This document shows positions 38,213-51,112 of a stretch of DNA of 64,000 nucleotides, piece after piece. The position numbers were made by a program, and so were the translations under genes. Where the stretch lies: contig NC_087436.1 of NCBI RefSeq assembly GCF_036321535.1, positions 81,160,001 to 81,224,000 of the forward strand, given 5' to 3'. The stretch's first letter is position 1. Every line of letters begins with the position of its first letter. Source of the stretch: Camelus dromedarius (taxonomy: Eukaryota). The notes beneath the pieces were generated by a model. That model saw only the letters and a program-made list of their open reading frames with translations. It was not told the DNA's origin and ran no database searches.

Positions 38213-38216
<4 letters not shown>

Positions 38217-38270
<54 letters not shown>
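38217..38270. repeat. Perfect (TA)27 microsatellite
   Basis: 54 bp of uninterrupted TA. Confidence 0.97.
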
Positions 38271-38272
<2 letters not shown>

Positions 38273-39329
38273 CTCTCCCATTTTTTGCTTTTCTTATCTT
38301 TCTGCATCAATTTAGGTTTTAGTTATGTTTTTAAACTGACAATTTAAAAATATTTGAGTATGAAAGATTTCATACAGTTTTTAAAAAAATCTTGTTTGAG
38401 AGGTAATCTTGGAGGATATTATTTCAGCTTCTGTTGTGCAAAGAGAAGCACCAAGCATGAAACAAATGAACAACAATCAAAAAAAACCCCAAACCAACTA
38501 CAACATGAAATTAAAATAGTCAAAAAGTGATCATCTATCATTTATATTTAGAGTCTGAAATAGAATAAATTTCAATAGAAATAGATTTAGTCTGAATAGA
38601 AATAGAAATAGTCTGAAATAGATTACATTTAAAAATGCAAAACAGCCAATAAAAATCATGGTGTGAATAACTTAAGAGGATTTGGGCAGATGATGGGTTA
38701 AACTTCTAATGTTTTAAAATTTTGTGAGTGATTTTAAAAATAAGAGTAATAAACCAGGCATCATTAAATGAAAAAAAAAAACAAAAACAAAATCCAATTA
38801 GACTCTTAACCTAGCAGGCCTATTTTTATTCATGCCTGGGTTGTTTGGCTGTGTGGAGTTTCTTAATCAGTATTTACAAAATACACAGCAATGCTGCCCT
38901 CTACAGTTCTCCTGTAAGACAGTCACTTGTCTTCAAGTCTAAACGCACCTGCCTTGCATGGACGACTTGAAGTCTGTTTAGCTCTGATGTCTGTCTTAGC
39001 AGTAAGCAAACCGGGGCCATCCCCCTGCCTCTCTGCCTGATAATCACTTACAGAACTCAAATCCTCTGAAAGAGTCACATGATCTTTGTTGTTTCTCTGA
39101 ATGTATGATATTCACAGTTCTTAAAGGATTTTCATTCTGTGGAACAATTGGCAGTACGTACCTCCTTTCCTCATACATATGCTGTGCAAATGAGAGAGAG
39201 TAAGAAATTCAGAAACGTGATATAACATATAAAAGCTTTGCAAAAAAGACATGAAAATAAACATGACTGAGGGAGGAAATATGTTTTATCCCCCCAATAT
39301 GATGCAGAGAGGCAGTATTTCCTGGTGCA

Positions 39330-39520
39330 TAATTGCAAAATCAGAATGAGTTTCAAATCTCAGTGTTGTTACATACTGTATGAGCTTTGGCAGGTTGCTA
39401 AAACTCTGTGCCTCACTTGTGGTAACCATATAAGTACTGTCTAAGTATTTGCTTCTATTATTATTTTCAGAGTTAAGTATGTGTATGAATTTGCTTATGA
39501 GGATATGTAGGTTGTGGGGA
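39330..39520 (+). mobile_element. MIR SINE relic
   Basis: gagtttcaaatctcagtgttgttacatactgtatgagctttggcaggttgctaaaactctgtgcctca. Confidence 0.7.
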
Positions 39521-39549
39521 GACTGGAGGCTCAACTGTTGCCTTCTTTA

Positions 39550-39990
39550 GGATGTTAGTTGTTAAGTAGCAGAATGTAACTCATATTAGTTTGAATTAAA
39601 GGGAGGGGGTACTTTTATAAGAATTCAGGGATTACCTTCCAGAGTTGAAGGGAAAATTGCCACTAAGTTTCAGCATAAACAAAAGCACTTAACTTAAAAG
39701 TCCCCCAGGCAGCACTTTTCTTTGCTCTCGTCCTGGTATATCCTGTTATACCTGCATTAATCTTCTCTGTCTTGTCAGACTGTCTCTCCTTCAACATGGC
39801 AGAATGTGGCCACAACCCACAGCTCTAAAGATGTTATTACACCTCTAGTCACACTGAGATACTGAGTGATTTTTTCTTAGCTCTTATCCCAAATTCTCAG
39901 GGACCAGGACCCAAGCCCAGCATGGATGAGATGCTCAGTTGTGGCTAACCAGCTATGGCCATCAAGAGAGAGACTTGCAGCAGAAATGCA
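39550..39990. mobile_element. Old MaLR LTR relic (MLT1I/J-like)
   Basis: ttagttgttaagtagcagaatgtaactcatattagtttgaatt...cccaaattctcaggga...cccagcatggatgagatgctc...aaccagctatggcca. Confidence 0.55.
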
Positions 39991-41503
39991 GAGCTAACAT
40001 GTCTTTATGCCATTTTCTAAGTGGAGACGTTAAGAAATTCCTTTCATTCTTGCTCTGTAAGCAGTCTCCAGTTTACCAAGCTTTACACTTAAATAGTTAC
40101 CTGTTAGTTGTTGTTTGGAATTCAGAAAACATCTCTTGTGTCAGCTCTGTTACCCAACATTGTTATGGCCTTAGGAGAATCTCACTCCATCCCCAAAGGA
40201 AAAAAGTTGCAAATAAAAAACTAATTAACACCCTGGTTGTCTAATAATTATTACTAATTTCTATAGGAGTCATGAAAACCACACACCAAATATTTTTCAA
40301 GACTTTTATTTTCAAACAATCTTGTCAGATTATCAAGCTACATGCATTCCTTTTTATTGTTGTTTGAAAACATGGTCTCCCCAAATATAGTTTTAACCAT
40401 AGTTTATAGTGTTAGTATTGAGGAAAAGTGAATTCAGAGCCTCTCTCTTGGGTCTTGGCAGCCGCAGCTAGATCCCCCTCTTGTATCCATCCATCCAAGT
40501 ACCTGGCGCTATTCTAGACACTAGGGACACAGTATTAATAAGCCAAACTGTCACCTCTTCTGCATCTTGGTTTTGGTAGGAGAAAACAAAAAATAAGCAA
40601 ATGTAGAAATAAAGTATCGGTTAATATATAAATATCAGGTAGTGATAAGTGCTACGGTTTTTAAGAAAAATAAAGCAAATCAAAGGATTGTGATATGGAG
40701 TGACTGGGAAGTCTCTTTAATTGAGAGATGAGGTCAGAGATGCCTAAACTTTAACTTAGAACTTTAATTTCATTTTATCTACAGCCAGGATTGGGGGTGG
40801 GGGAGCGGTTCCAGCAGGGAGAGTTTGGGTTCCAGGAGGAGAGGTAAGAGGCTCTTGTTACCCTGCCCCATCAGAGGTACTTAAACCCAAAATGGCTCTT
40901 GCTTGCCCTCTTTCTAGAGCTTAGGGAATTAAGTTGCCTCCTTACTATCTCCTCCTTTTTTCCATTCAGAGATTTTCTCCTTCCGTGTTCTACTATGGGG
41001 CAGGAGTCTCAAAGAACTCTCCTCCCTTCTACCTACTTTTGTTGTGGTTTTCAAAGTATGTTTTCCTTGCCTTTTGTAATCATGTTTAAAGTATTACATG
41101 AACAGTAAAAAGTTCAAATGCTACAGAATAATACACATAAAAATAAGTGTTTCACCAAATCACTGACTTCAAATCATCAATCTTCCTGCCTAGATTTATA
41201 TACTTGAATGTGTGTGCAAATAACATATATATGTGTTTATTTGTAAGTAAAATAATTCAATACACACAATCACTTATTTATTGGATGTGTTGTTCTTGTT
41301 CTGTATCTTGTGTTCTTCACTTTATTTTAGATATCTTTATATCAGTACACATAGATTTACATTGTTCTTTTTAATAGCTGCGTAGTATTTCAGTGTGTGG
41401 ATACAAAATAATTAACATTTTTATCCAGTTCTTAATGGATATTTAGGTTGTTACAGTCTTTCTATTGCAAATAAAACTGCAGTCTCTTATAAATATGTCT
41501 TGG

Positions 41504-41854
41504 TAAATATTATATGATATTACTTAAATGTGAAATCTAAAAAAATAATACAAATGAATCTATATACAAAACAGAAACAGACCTTTAGACATAGAAAACA
41601 AATACCTAGTTATCAAAGGGAAAAGGGAGAGTGGGAGGGAAAAATTAGGAGTATGGGATCAACAGATACAAACTGCTATACATAAAATAGATAAGCAGCA
41701 AGGATTCAATGTATAGCATGGGGAACTATATTCAAAAGTAATAACCTATAATGGAAAGTAATCTGAAAATATATATATAACCGAATCACTTTGTTGTACA
41801 CCTGAAACTAACACAATATTGCAAATCAGCTCTCTCTCTCTGTATGTGTGTGTG
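41504..41854 (+). mobile_element. 5'-truncated L1 3' end nested in an older antisense L1M relic (about 41090-41500)
   Basis: atatgatattacttaaatgtgaaatctaaaaa...ccgaatcactttgttgtacacctgaaactaacacaatattg. Direct repeat tatgtcttgg at 41494-41503 and 41855-41864. Confidence 0.88.
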
Positions 41855-41912
41855 TATGTCTTGGCATACTAGCTATCTCAAATGTTTATGAGTATATGTA
41901 TTAAAATGTATG

Positions 41913-41990
41913 TATTAGGTTAACCAAATGAATTCTGGGGTCTATAAGTAAAAGTCAAATACTGGCAATTGTATGTGATTGAATCTAATT
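41913..41990. mobile_element. MADE2-like Mariner MITE
   Basis: About 80 bp, tattaggtt.aaccaaatgaa...gtcaaatactggcaattgtatgtgattgaatctaat; degenerate palindromic TIRs resembling MADE2. Confidence 0.65.
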
Positions 41991-42344
41991 ATAAAATTCC
42001 TCCCCAAGGCTCTCAACCCAACTTTGTTTGTTTTTAATTTCTAACAGCTGTTGAAACAGAGAGGAAATGTCTTGGATGCTAAGCTCAACTGGATGAAGTG
42101 AGAAAACTATATGGATTGTTATCCACACAGAATCATAGTTTCCTATTAACTAGACCCAGCTTCCATTCAGGAATGTTCCCAGGAGGCTGCCTTTCCATTC
42201 CCTCTCAGGCCAGAGGCAGAGTCCTGTATTGTAAAAATCACGTAGCTGAAGAGAGGATAGGTGAAAATATGGACCAGGACTCTAGGCTGGCTCTAGAATG
42301 ACATTTAGTAAATCATGAACCTTTCTAGCTTGATCCCAGTAAAG

Positions 42345-42480
42345 AAAACATAATATTTATGTTAAAAATAAAAGAATATAAAAAAGAATATATATATATA
42401 TATATTTTTTCTGAGCCACTATGCTGTACACCAGAAACTGAGACAACATTGTAAGTCAAATATACTTCAATTAAAAAAAA
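42345..42480 (+). mobile_element. Very short L1 3'-terminal fragment with poly(A)
   Basis: aaagaatatataaaa...ctgagccactatgctgtacaccagaaactgagacaacattgtaagtcaaatatacttcaattaaaaaaaa. Confidence 0.85.
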
Positions 42481-43249
42481 TGAAGTAATTCCTACAGTGC
42501 TGCCGAGCACAGTGTTTGATCCTAAATTCTTGCTTAATAAATCCAGATCTTCCTTCCTCCATCCCCTCCCTCTTCTCTCCTTCCTTTTTTTCCCTCCCTC
42601 CTTCACTTCTATGCTCTGAATCTCCAAACCACAGGGATAGGGCAGGGAAGCTGAGGCCTCTCTGGGCCACAGAGGCATATAAGCACTAACATGCATTCAG
42701 AAACCATTTCTGCCCCAGAGGTGGGCGCTGAGCCACCTTGGTCATCAGATAGATGCTCACTGCCATCCTACAGGGCAGTGCCTGGGCAGTGCCCTCAAAA
42801 TCTGGCACCACAGGGTATGGGTAAATCCTAACTGAAGCCCAGCCTCTGTGTGCAGTTACCGGGGAGCTCCGTGGATAAAAACAGCTTTCCCAGTATTACT
42901 ATCCAATACTTGCAAAACACTCTGTGCCCACCAGGAAGCATCAGTCCTGTTTGACAGTCTTCTCTCAGAGCGAATTACTGCACAGCCATCCTCAACTGCA
43001 GCCCCGCGAAGCACATCGTATTTCTGCTTCATTGTCACTTGCTGAACTGCCTTTATGGTTCTCCTCTTTGTTAACTCAAGAAACTCAGACACTGTTCCAG
43101 GCTCTGACTTAGCTCTTATTCAGTGTTAATCACTTGGTATTAAATATGAAGGTCCATCCTTTTTTTTTTTTTTTAATAGATGAGGAAAGGGAGACACTGA
43201 GCTTATGTTTTGGCATCATGGAGGGATTTTCCTGGGAGCTGGAAAGAGA

Positions 43250-43465
43250 CAGACCAGAGCTGCAAACCTGAGATTGGCATTCTGTATCTGTACTCTGTGA
43301 GCAAACTGCTTCACTTTTCTGAGCATCAGTTTCATCTTCTGTAAAATGGTGTGAATAACTCATTAAAATTACTGACCTGTGTTTTTCATGTATTACCTAG
43401 GAAAACATATGTGAGGTGCCTGACACCTTGCATGGCACAAGGAAGCCCTGAATAAATGTTCACTT
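43250..43465 (+). mobile_element. MIR SINE relic
   Basis: ttctgagcatcagtttcatcttctgtaaaatggtgtgaataa...catggcacaaggaagccctgaataaatgtt. Confidence 0.75.
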
Positions 43466-44724
43466 GGATTCGTGAATTTCTGTATTGATCCGCTGCTAGA
43501 GACACTTGTCTATAAACACTGCCTGAATTTTGGGACCATAGAGGATTTGTATTGCCAGGAATAAGGCGATGCAAATTTGGCAGCATTGATTAAAATATTC
43601 TTTTCAGGAATAGGAACAACTTTTTTCAGTTATCTGGTTGATGTTTAATGAGAAAAGTTTTTAATAGGTATAAGAGGATAAGAGAATGAGCAGATAAGGT
43701 ATCTTCTGACACCTCCTTGTCACTGGTGTTGAAGAAGAGAAAGAACATGTCTTTTTGTTACACTGATTACAAAGCCCTTTATGGAATGAAGAGCACAGAT
43801 TTGACTTATATAGAGATGTCCCAATTGTAGGAATCTGCTCTGATAATTGTAAGTTTTTTTTTTCTTCTTCCTACTCTGGCTCATTGGCATAGTGGATTTG
43901 GCATCACCAGAAATGTCACCACTTTACATAGGGCTTAAACCTAGAAAGGGGAGGGGACTCAAATATCTACTTACAGCTCTCAGATTGTAAGGCAGTCACT
44001 TTGTGGGACCTTTGTTTCAAAGCACCGTGGCACACACCAGACCGTAATAAGACCTGCCTTTGCTTCAGTTGCTAAGAAATCTTTCTCTTAATGCCAGGAT
44101 TTTATCCTGGACTTTGAATCTGCACATGTTTCAGAATAGTGTTTAGAATGGAGCAATGTGTGGGCCCCATATATAAGCTTTAGATGCTAGCTGATGGCTT
44201 CCTCAAATACTTGCGTGGTAAATTGGTTTTGAAAAGAGAAATGTTCCTTCTCTGGCTTATTTTCAGATCATTCTTCTGAATAAACAGGAGTTTTCCTAGA
44301 AATGTGCCTGTTTATTGATATCTTTCTTATTAAGCATTATCTTTCACTTAACTTTAATTTTCAAATTACGACTTCCATTGACAGCACACAGCAGATTTTT
44401 CCTATGTATTATTCTTATTAGTATAACTTCCATGATATTTACATTCTCATCATATTCCCTAGAAAGGCTCCAACCGAAATAGTCCTCTGAGAGAGAAAGA
44501 TGTGTGGTAGGCAACACAGCTTTGAAGGTCCCACTTAAAATTGTGTGAATTCATGAAGAATTTAATACTACATGGTTGGATAGGCACTGAAGTTTAAGTT
44601 CTTGTGAGCAAGTAATGTCTAGGTTGGACTCTTGAAAATGTATAAGATAAGGAAGAACCATTGGTAAGAGGCTGTAAAGTCTCCCAAATACTGTAAGCAG
44701 CCAGGAAATATGGGAAAGGGCAGT

Positions 44725-44920
44725 GAACTTAGAAGAACTGTGTTTAGTCCTGGCTCAAGCATTTGTGAATACTGTGACACTGAGCAACTCACTTAATTTT
44801 TTGGTTCCTGTTTACAAGTCTGTAAAATTGGGGTCATTATTCCTGTACTGTCCGCCTCCCATGGTTGTTCCTAGAATCAGATTAGATGATGCATGTGAAG
44901 GAGCTTTGTAGTTGTACAGA
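44725..44920 (+). mobile_element. MIR SINE relic
   Basis: tactgtgacactgagcaactcacttaatt...gtctgtaaaattggggtcattattcctgtac...atggttgttcctagaatcagattagatgatgcatgtgaaggagctttgta. Confidence 0.75.
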
Positions 44921-47799
44921 TCTAACAGAAAGTCTTTGGTATGGATTGCCTCTGTTTTAAGTTCTGTAAGCTTTTTGAGGACAAAGATTGTGTCTTTGAG
45001 TTATAAGCACTATATTAAGTCCTGAACAAATAAATGAAGGGAGGTGATTCCCCCTCTGCAATTTTCTGTGAAGCTGTTTATTTTGCATTTTTTCATGAAT
45101 CATAAAATATAACTTTTTTTTTTGTTTACCATCTCAACATACTTATGGGGAAAATTCTCCCTTTATGTGAACCATCTTGCTTACCTGGTAAAAATTTTTG
45201 AACTTAGTAAGGGAAAGTGTCCCGTGGAGAAGTCTATTCCTTATCTCAGGGCTTTATATTTCTATGTGTATCTGATGTCAGAGTCAGAATGCAGACACGT
45301 CAAAGCTTGTATGGTACTGAGTGTTAATAACACATGAAATAATAAAACCAACACACTGGTTTTGTAACTCTGAATTCTTTGACGATTGAACAGCATGTAT
45401 TCTCCTTAATTTTATTGGAAAGTAAACAGATTCTTTCCCAGGTCACCATTCCTTCAGCTACTGATCTATGGAGGAAAAACTTAGTGCTCCAGGAAGCTTC
45501 CAATATTTTATATCAGTTATGAGTGGTCATACTGAGTTGAGTGTTGTTCACCGCCCCTTTTAGCAAAAGATAAGATGTAAAGAAATGCCATAATGTTTGA
45601 GATTATAATAGCCAACAGACCATACACTATATCCATACCCATTAAATTCTTTATAATAGTTAATAAATGAACTGATTAAACTAAAAGTCCCATAAATATA
45701 CATATGATTCCAAGTATTTAAGCTATTGTTTACATTTAATCAAAAAGATGCATTTTAAGGACCTGGACATTACGACCCACACCTAACTTACCTTCTAAAA
45801 ATTAGAAGCCTTAACATTTTATATCTGACTTCAAATGTTGAAATTCCAGTCTTAACACTTTTTTGTTATAATATAATTGTAGGATATTAGTAACTAGTAT
45901 TCACTTATTTTTGTTAGAAAAGAACTTATAGAACCTAGTTACTCATTTTAAAAAATTATAAGAATCAGAGTTTCACAGTAAAAAAAAGGGGGAGGTGGGT
46001 CTTGAACAAATATTTCTTGATACTGAACAAGCTCTTTTCTTAGTATTTTTTCTTTTTTCAGTGACTTCCAACTTTTCAATTACTTAAATAACTTTTGAGT
46101 AAAGAAAGTCTTCATACTGTTTAGAGAGGAAAAGCCTCAGAAAGCCCCACACCTAAGACAGTGCCAAGCCCATTTTATTTCCTGCAACTGGCTAAATTTT
46201 GTTGACCTCCGGGACTCAAGACCTGTTTACTGAACAGCAATATAATTCCAAAGTCCCTTGTTGACCATGGGGTTTTGTGTTAAGGTTGGAACAGGAGGAA
46301 TCCCTGCGGGGCTTCACTGACTCTAATTCTATAGCAATGATGCAGGAACACATTCATTGCAGACTATTACTGGGGCCCTGAGTCATCTTAACTATGTTCC
46401 AAAGTTATTCTTGTGTGCGTTCTTGTTTGTTTGTCTTCTGACCAGAGCAACACAGTTGTCTGAAGGTTCCTGGAATCGTGCTCTTCTCTGAGGTCAGATG
46501 ACCTCTCTGAGCCTAGAATGAATCAGTTATAACGCATTTGGATCAGACTGCCTCCTTCTTTCTCCCCGGTCTACTTTCATCCTGACCAGAAACCTAGGGG
46601 GATATACCAGACACTCACTAGAGGGCAGCAGGGGGTCAGTGGAACCAATTCTTTAGGCACTTGCTAGACTGTATTACATGCTTTGAAAAAAAGCCTAGCA
46701 GTTTTTAAAGGTGTATTCACTGCTACTTCCATTATAAAATGTAGTGGCTTCAATGATGTATTCATGTGAATGTTTTTGTTTCCTAAATACCTAAATAAAA
46801 GACAAATATAACCAGCTATTTTCATGCAAGAAGTCTGTCACTTCCAAGGCTTCATCAGCTACACTTCCTGGAGACAGCCATGCGTCTCTGGGAGTGTGGG
46901 TCCCGAAAGGACTATTCTCTGTGTGCAAGCGAGGAATCAAGCCGCAGTTGGGGAGATGCTGGGGGAGAAGGCCTAAGGTCCAGGAGCGAGAAATGACAGA
47001 GAATGACTGGATCTCGCCAATAAACTGGGTGACATGGGGACAAGGGATTCCCCTCCATTTGAAAACAAGCCAAGTCCTCCAGCTCCGGCCAGGTGGTGTG
47101 TCTGCAGGAAGGAATGCCACTCGCACTATCTTCTACTGCAGTCCCCTAAGGAAATTTGGGAAAGGGGTGTGGGCATCCTGTTTTGCAGTTTTGTGCTGGG
47201 AGACGGGGCCCCAGCCCCTCTGTCTTCGGTTAGATGGAGGGAAGTGAGCAGATTGACAGGGGAATAACTTTTTCGCATGTCATGAGGAGGAACAACTAAC
47301 TTTGTGGAAGGTGGCAAGGACAAGGGGGAGACGAAAGAGAAAAATGGTTTGAACCATTGTGCTCCATACAGTGAGCATGAAACGCAGAGACCACAGCCTG
47401 TGGAAGAGAACATTAAAGGCTGTCAAGGGACAAGATGCATGAGCTGCCCAGGACCCTTCCAAGCAAAGGAGAGGATTAAGGTACAGAAGGTTCTATAATC
47501 TTGCTAGTGAGATTTGACCATAAAAAATTATTTTTATTATCCTTTTTATTGTTACCATATTCCTTCCAGTGTATTCCATAGAATGGCATGAGCTATACAA
47601 CTTAGTTCTTAATTAACAGAAATGCACTTTCATCCCCAAATTTCATGATTAGGTGTTCATTGAGGATGAATATAATATACCATTGTAGAATTTTGCTTTT
47701 AACTTGAATATCACTGGGAAAATATTAATCCCAATCTCATTTTCTCTCTCTGTGTCATCTGGGGACCCTTTGCATTAGAATCACACAGGGTGATTTGAT

Positions 47800-48135
47800 T
47801 CTTAGACGCTAATAATTTTAGGAGGAAGAATTTAATAAGGACTATAACAGAAAATTATAACCAAATGTCAGGGAAACATAAAAAAGGGGGAGTTTATTTT
47901 CTGCCAGAAGAATCAGGGAAGATTTAATGGGGAAAATGGCATTTGACTGGGTTCTCAAAATAGAGGTAGGATTTTTGCAAGGGAAGCAGTGGGAATAAAA
48001 TTCTAGCAAAAAGGAACAGAATAATTAATCGATACCCGCTTAGCAAGCGAAGAGAGATTGATGACTGTGACATTGGCATGAAGGCTGTATGCAGAGTGCT
48101 AAGAAGTTTGAAATGTATTCTGTGGTCACTTTGGC
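47800..48135 (-). mobile_element. L2 LINE relic
   Basis: aatcagggaagatttaatggggaaaatggcatttgactgggttctcaaaatagaggtaggattttt...gctaagaagtttgaaatgtattctg. Confidence 0.6.
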
Positions 48136-50934
48136 AGGTGTCTGCACCTGCTACGTGATCAGAATTACTCTTGAGGGCAGCTTCTCGTTCTGCAGGGCTG
48201 GGGCAAAGACTTGTTAGGAAGTAGAAGAAACTGTCCAGATCTGAGGAAGTGAGTCTGTGATGTGGAGCAGTGGCAGAGGGAATGGAAGGAGGAAATAAAC
48301 AAGACAGGGGAGAAGTTGGTGGTTAACCTGTACTTTATCAATTCTTGGAATGAAAGAGTTTTGTCTTCAAAAACTGTGTCTTGCAACTGTGGTTCAGTTG
48401 GGATGTGACCAAAGACAATCCAACTCCATTTTCAAAGTTCAGCAGTTGACTCAGAGAGGGAGACAATGCGGAAGTAAAGACAAGAGGAAAATGTGTCTTG
48501 TTGACTGAATGCTCTGAAGTGTTACAGATAGACGGGGCTTCACGTAGCAAAATGAAGACAAGCTTTTCTTCCTTATTTCCTCTGGTCTGGGTTTACCGAA
48601 TTACATGTTACCATGTTTAAGTCAATGAGTTTGTTAAATTAAGTATCACAAGGTTATTTCAATGAGGAGACATCTGATTTTAACCCCAAATAAAAATAAA
48701 CACAGTTTAAACTTTGGGATAACTGAAGTCAAGTCAAATGGAAGTGGTTCAGGATTGCATCATTTTACTATTGAGTAACGCTGCTAGAACAGTGTTCAGC
48801 CGTCACAATGTGCTGGCTAACCTGAGCTTTGCTTTTATACTTTTTATTAGGAAAGGTTTCAGTCATATGAAATGCCATTCTTTTAGAGTGCAATGGAGAC
48901 TTACAGGCAGGTCTGAGAAAGTTAGAATTTCCTGTTTGAATTTTTCTTTAACTGTAGCATTGAACTTCCCACATGGCACCAGAAATGACATTTTCTTTCT
49001 GCTATTTGAGTAATCTGCTTCCAAACAGGAAAAGCAGAGAATAGGACTAAAACGCCCATGATACTTACCTTTGGAGCAAGATTTGAAGCCAATTAAATCA
49101 TTGCCATATGATGTTGTTTGGACTATAATTGGTATCATAATGAGAGGCAGAAAGAACAGAAAGCCCCGAAGCCAAGAAGGACAGAACTTGGAAGAGTTCA
49201 AGGCCCATCGCATTAGTGACTTTTACAAATTGTACTCAGAAGAGATCTGACTTGCCCCACGTGGTTCACAAATTGAACAGTCCAGCTGCATCTTATGTAC
49301 CTTTTCTGCTTTCCAAATTTGACAGATGTGTATTTGTTGTGTTCCAGTTGCTCTCTAAAATATATTTCTTAGCTCCTTGCCTCTGCCTGTTTTCAGCCAT
49401 GGAGCAGTATTACTAACAGCTTATCAATAATTTAAAACAAAAATATGGAAAACAACAGTAATGAGATCTCTGTAGGCATTGCACTGACAACAGGAAAAAT
49501 GAAGACATGGTAATGAGGAAAACATTAGCCAGATTACTTTAGGACGGATTAGTTCTCCTGTTTTCCTGGTGGTGGAGAAGCTGCCGTCACCTCCCCCGTA
49601 GTGCTTCAGATCCACAGCAGCTTGGAAATAGCTGGGGTTCTTCCAAATTTGATCTTTCTTGTTATTCCCTGCTTTAAGAATTGTGCACCCGGATCTTATC
49701 AGTGCAGCCAAGACAGTCCCAGAGCTCCTTCTCCACGCCCGGGGATGGCTGCTCTTTACTCTCACCACGTGCTGACACCTCTGAGTGGCTGCGAATGCCT
49801 TCCTCGTCCAGTCTCATGCTCACCAGAACCCCTGGGCAGTCACCTACATCCCACCCTAAAAGAGCCCCACTGGGAACATGTGGGTCTTTATCGGCTTTTT
49901 GTTTATATGAGTGAGTTCTCTTGTTTGTTCCTCTAAGCTGCAAGTTGTAATCAAAAGAAGGTGAACCATAGAACTGGGAGAAAGGAGTTAAAGGGAAACC
50001 AGTGGAAACTGGTAGACTGAAAGAGGATATTTTTAAAGGAAGAGAAAGTAAAGCCCTGATGCACGGGTCAAATGAAGAGTGAATACGGTACGAGGAAGGG
50101 GTGAAGTTTCAGATGAAGCAAAAAACACGCCTGGAACACGTTATGCATTCTCTCTGTGCGATGTCACGTTGAGTTTCAGAAGCAGAAAACCCCCCAAGGA
50201 GTAGGCAGCAGAGGTGACCTCTTTCCACATTGGCTTTCCAGTGGTTTTTAACCTTCTGGGTGCTGGCTCTTCCTTTCTTGAGGAGAGCACAACCTTCAGT
50301 GGACCAACAAATGGATTTAAGGTGTCTGCAGAGAGGAAAGACCGAGTCCATAGTAACGGCTGTATTATGGTCAACAGTGCTATTTTGTTTCTCCCCCAAA
50401 GTTCCTGTTTATGTCTCGCAGCCTTTATATTGTCTTTTCGAGAACTGAGCCAGTTGGCCGGTGGCCACAGTAAAATTTTCGTTGCTAGTGAGCACATCCA
50501 TGGATGCATCTTTCAGTATTCTGCTTAAACTCAGTTTCCCACTTGAAATGTTGGATGATTATGGGTGAACAGAGAACAGCATTTAAGAAAAAATGATTTG
50601 TTCAAAATAATGTCCCAAGACTAAACCCCAGTGTCAAATAATTACCAGTATCATTAAGAAATTTGATTCTACTTTTATATAAAAATGATAGCATGCAATT
50701 ACATTTAAGCATAATATTTGACTCTGAGTGTTTGTCTCATGTCCCAGAAATTACAGGGTACTTTCCCTATGAGAATGAGAAGGGAAGAAAGGAAGGTTAT
50801 CAAAAGACAGATGAGAGAGAAAACACGATGACCTGCTGCCAGCCTTCCACCTTCCTCACCTTCTCTGTGCCAAACCTAATTGACATAAATTAACAAAGAC
50901 CGTCATTAATAAAACTATAGCTTCTTTAAAGATG

Positions 50935-51112
50935 ATGGTGCTAACTACTTTGCGTATTTTATCTGAATTATTCCTTCAGACAATTCTGTGAGATTATTAT
51001 CTCAATTTTACAAGTTAGGAAAGTGAAGGGAAACAAAGGGTTAGACATAGGATACCCAGAGTCATGGAGCCCATGAGGGAATGAGCTGGGATTGGTCCAG
51101 GTCTGTCTGGCC
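50935..51112 (-). mobile_element. MIR SINE relic
   Basis: ccttcagacaattctgtgagattattatctcaattttacaagttaggaaagtga...gagctgggattggtccaggtctgtctgg. Confidence 0.7.

Noticed and set aside
48134..48151. GCAGGTG-tctg-CACCTGC inverted E-box pair (and CCTGTCAG...CTGACAGG at 14431-14470)
   Set aside because: 7-8 bp stems occur by chance at this window size; no independent support.
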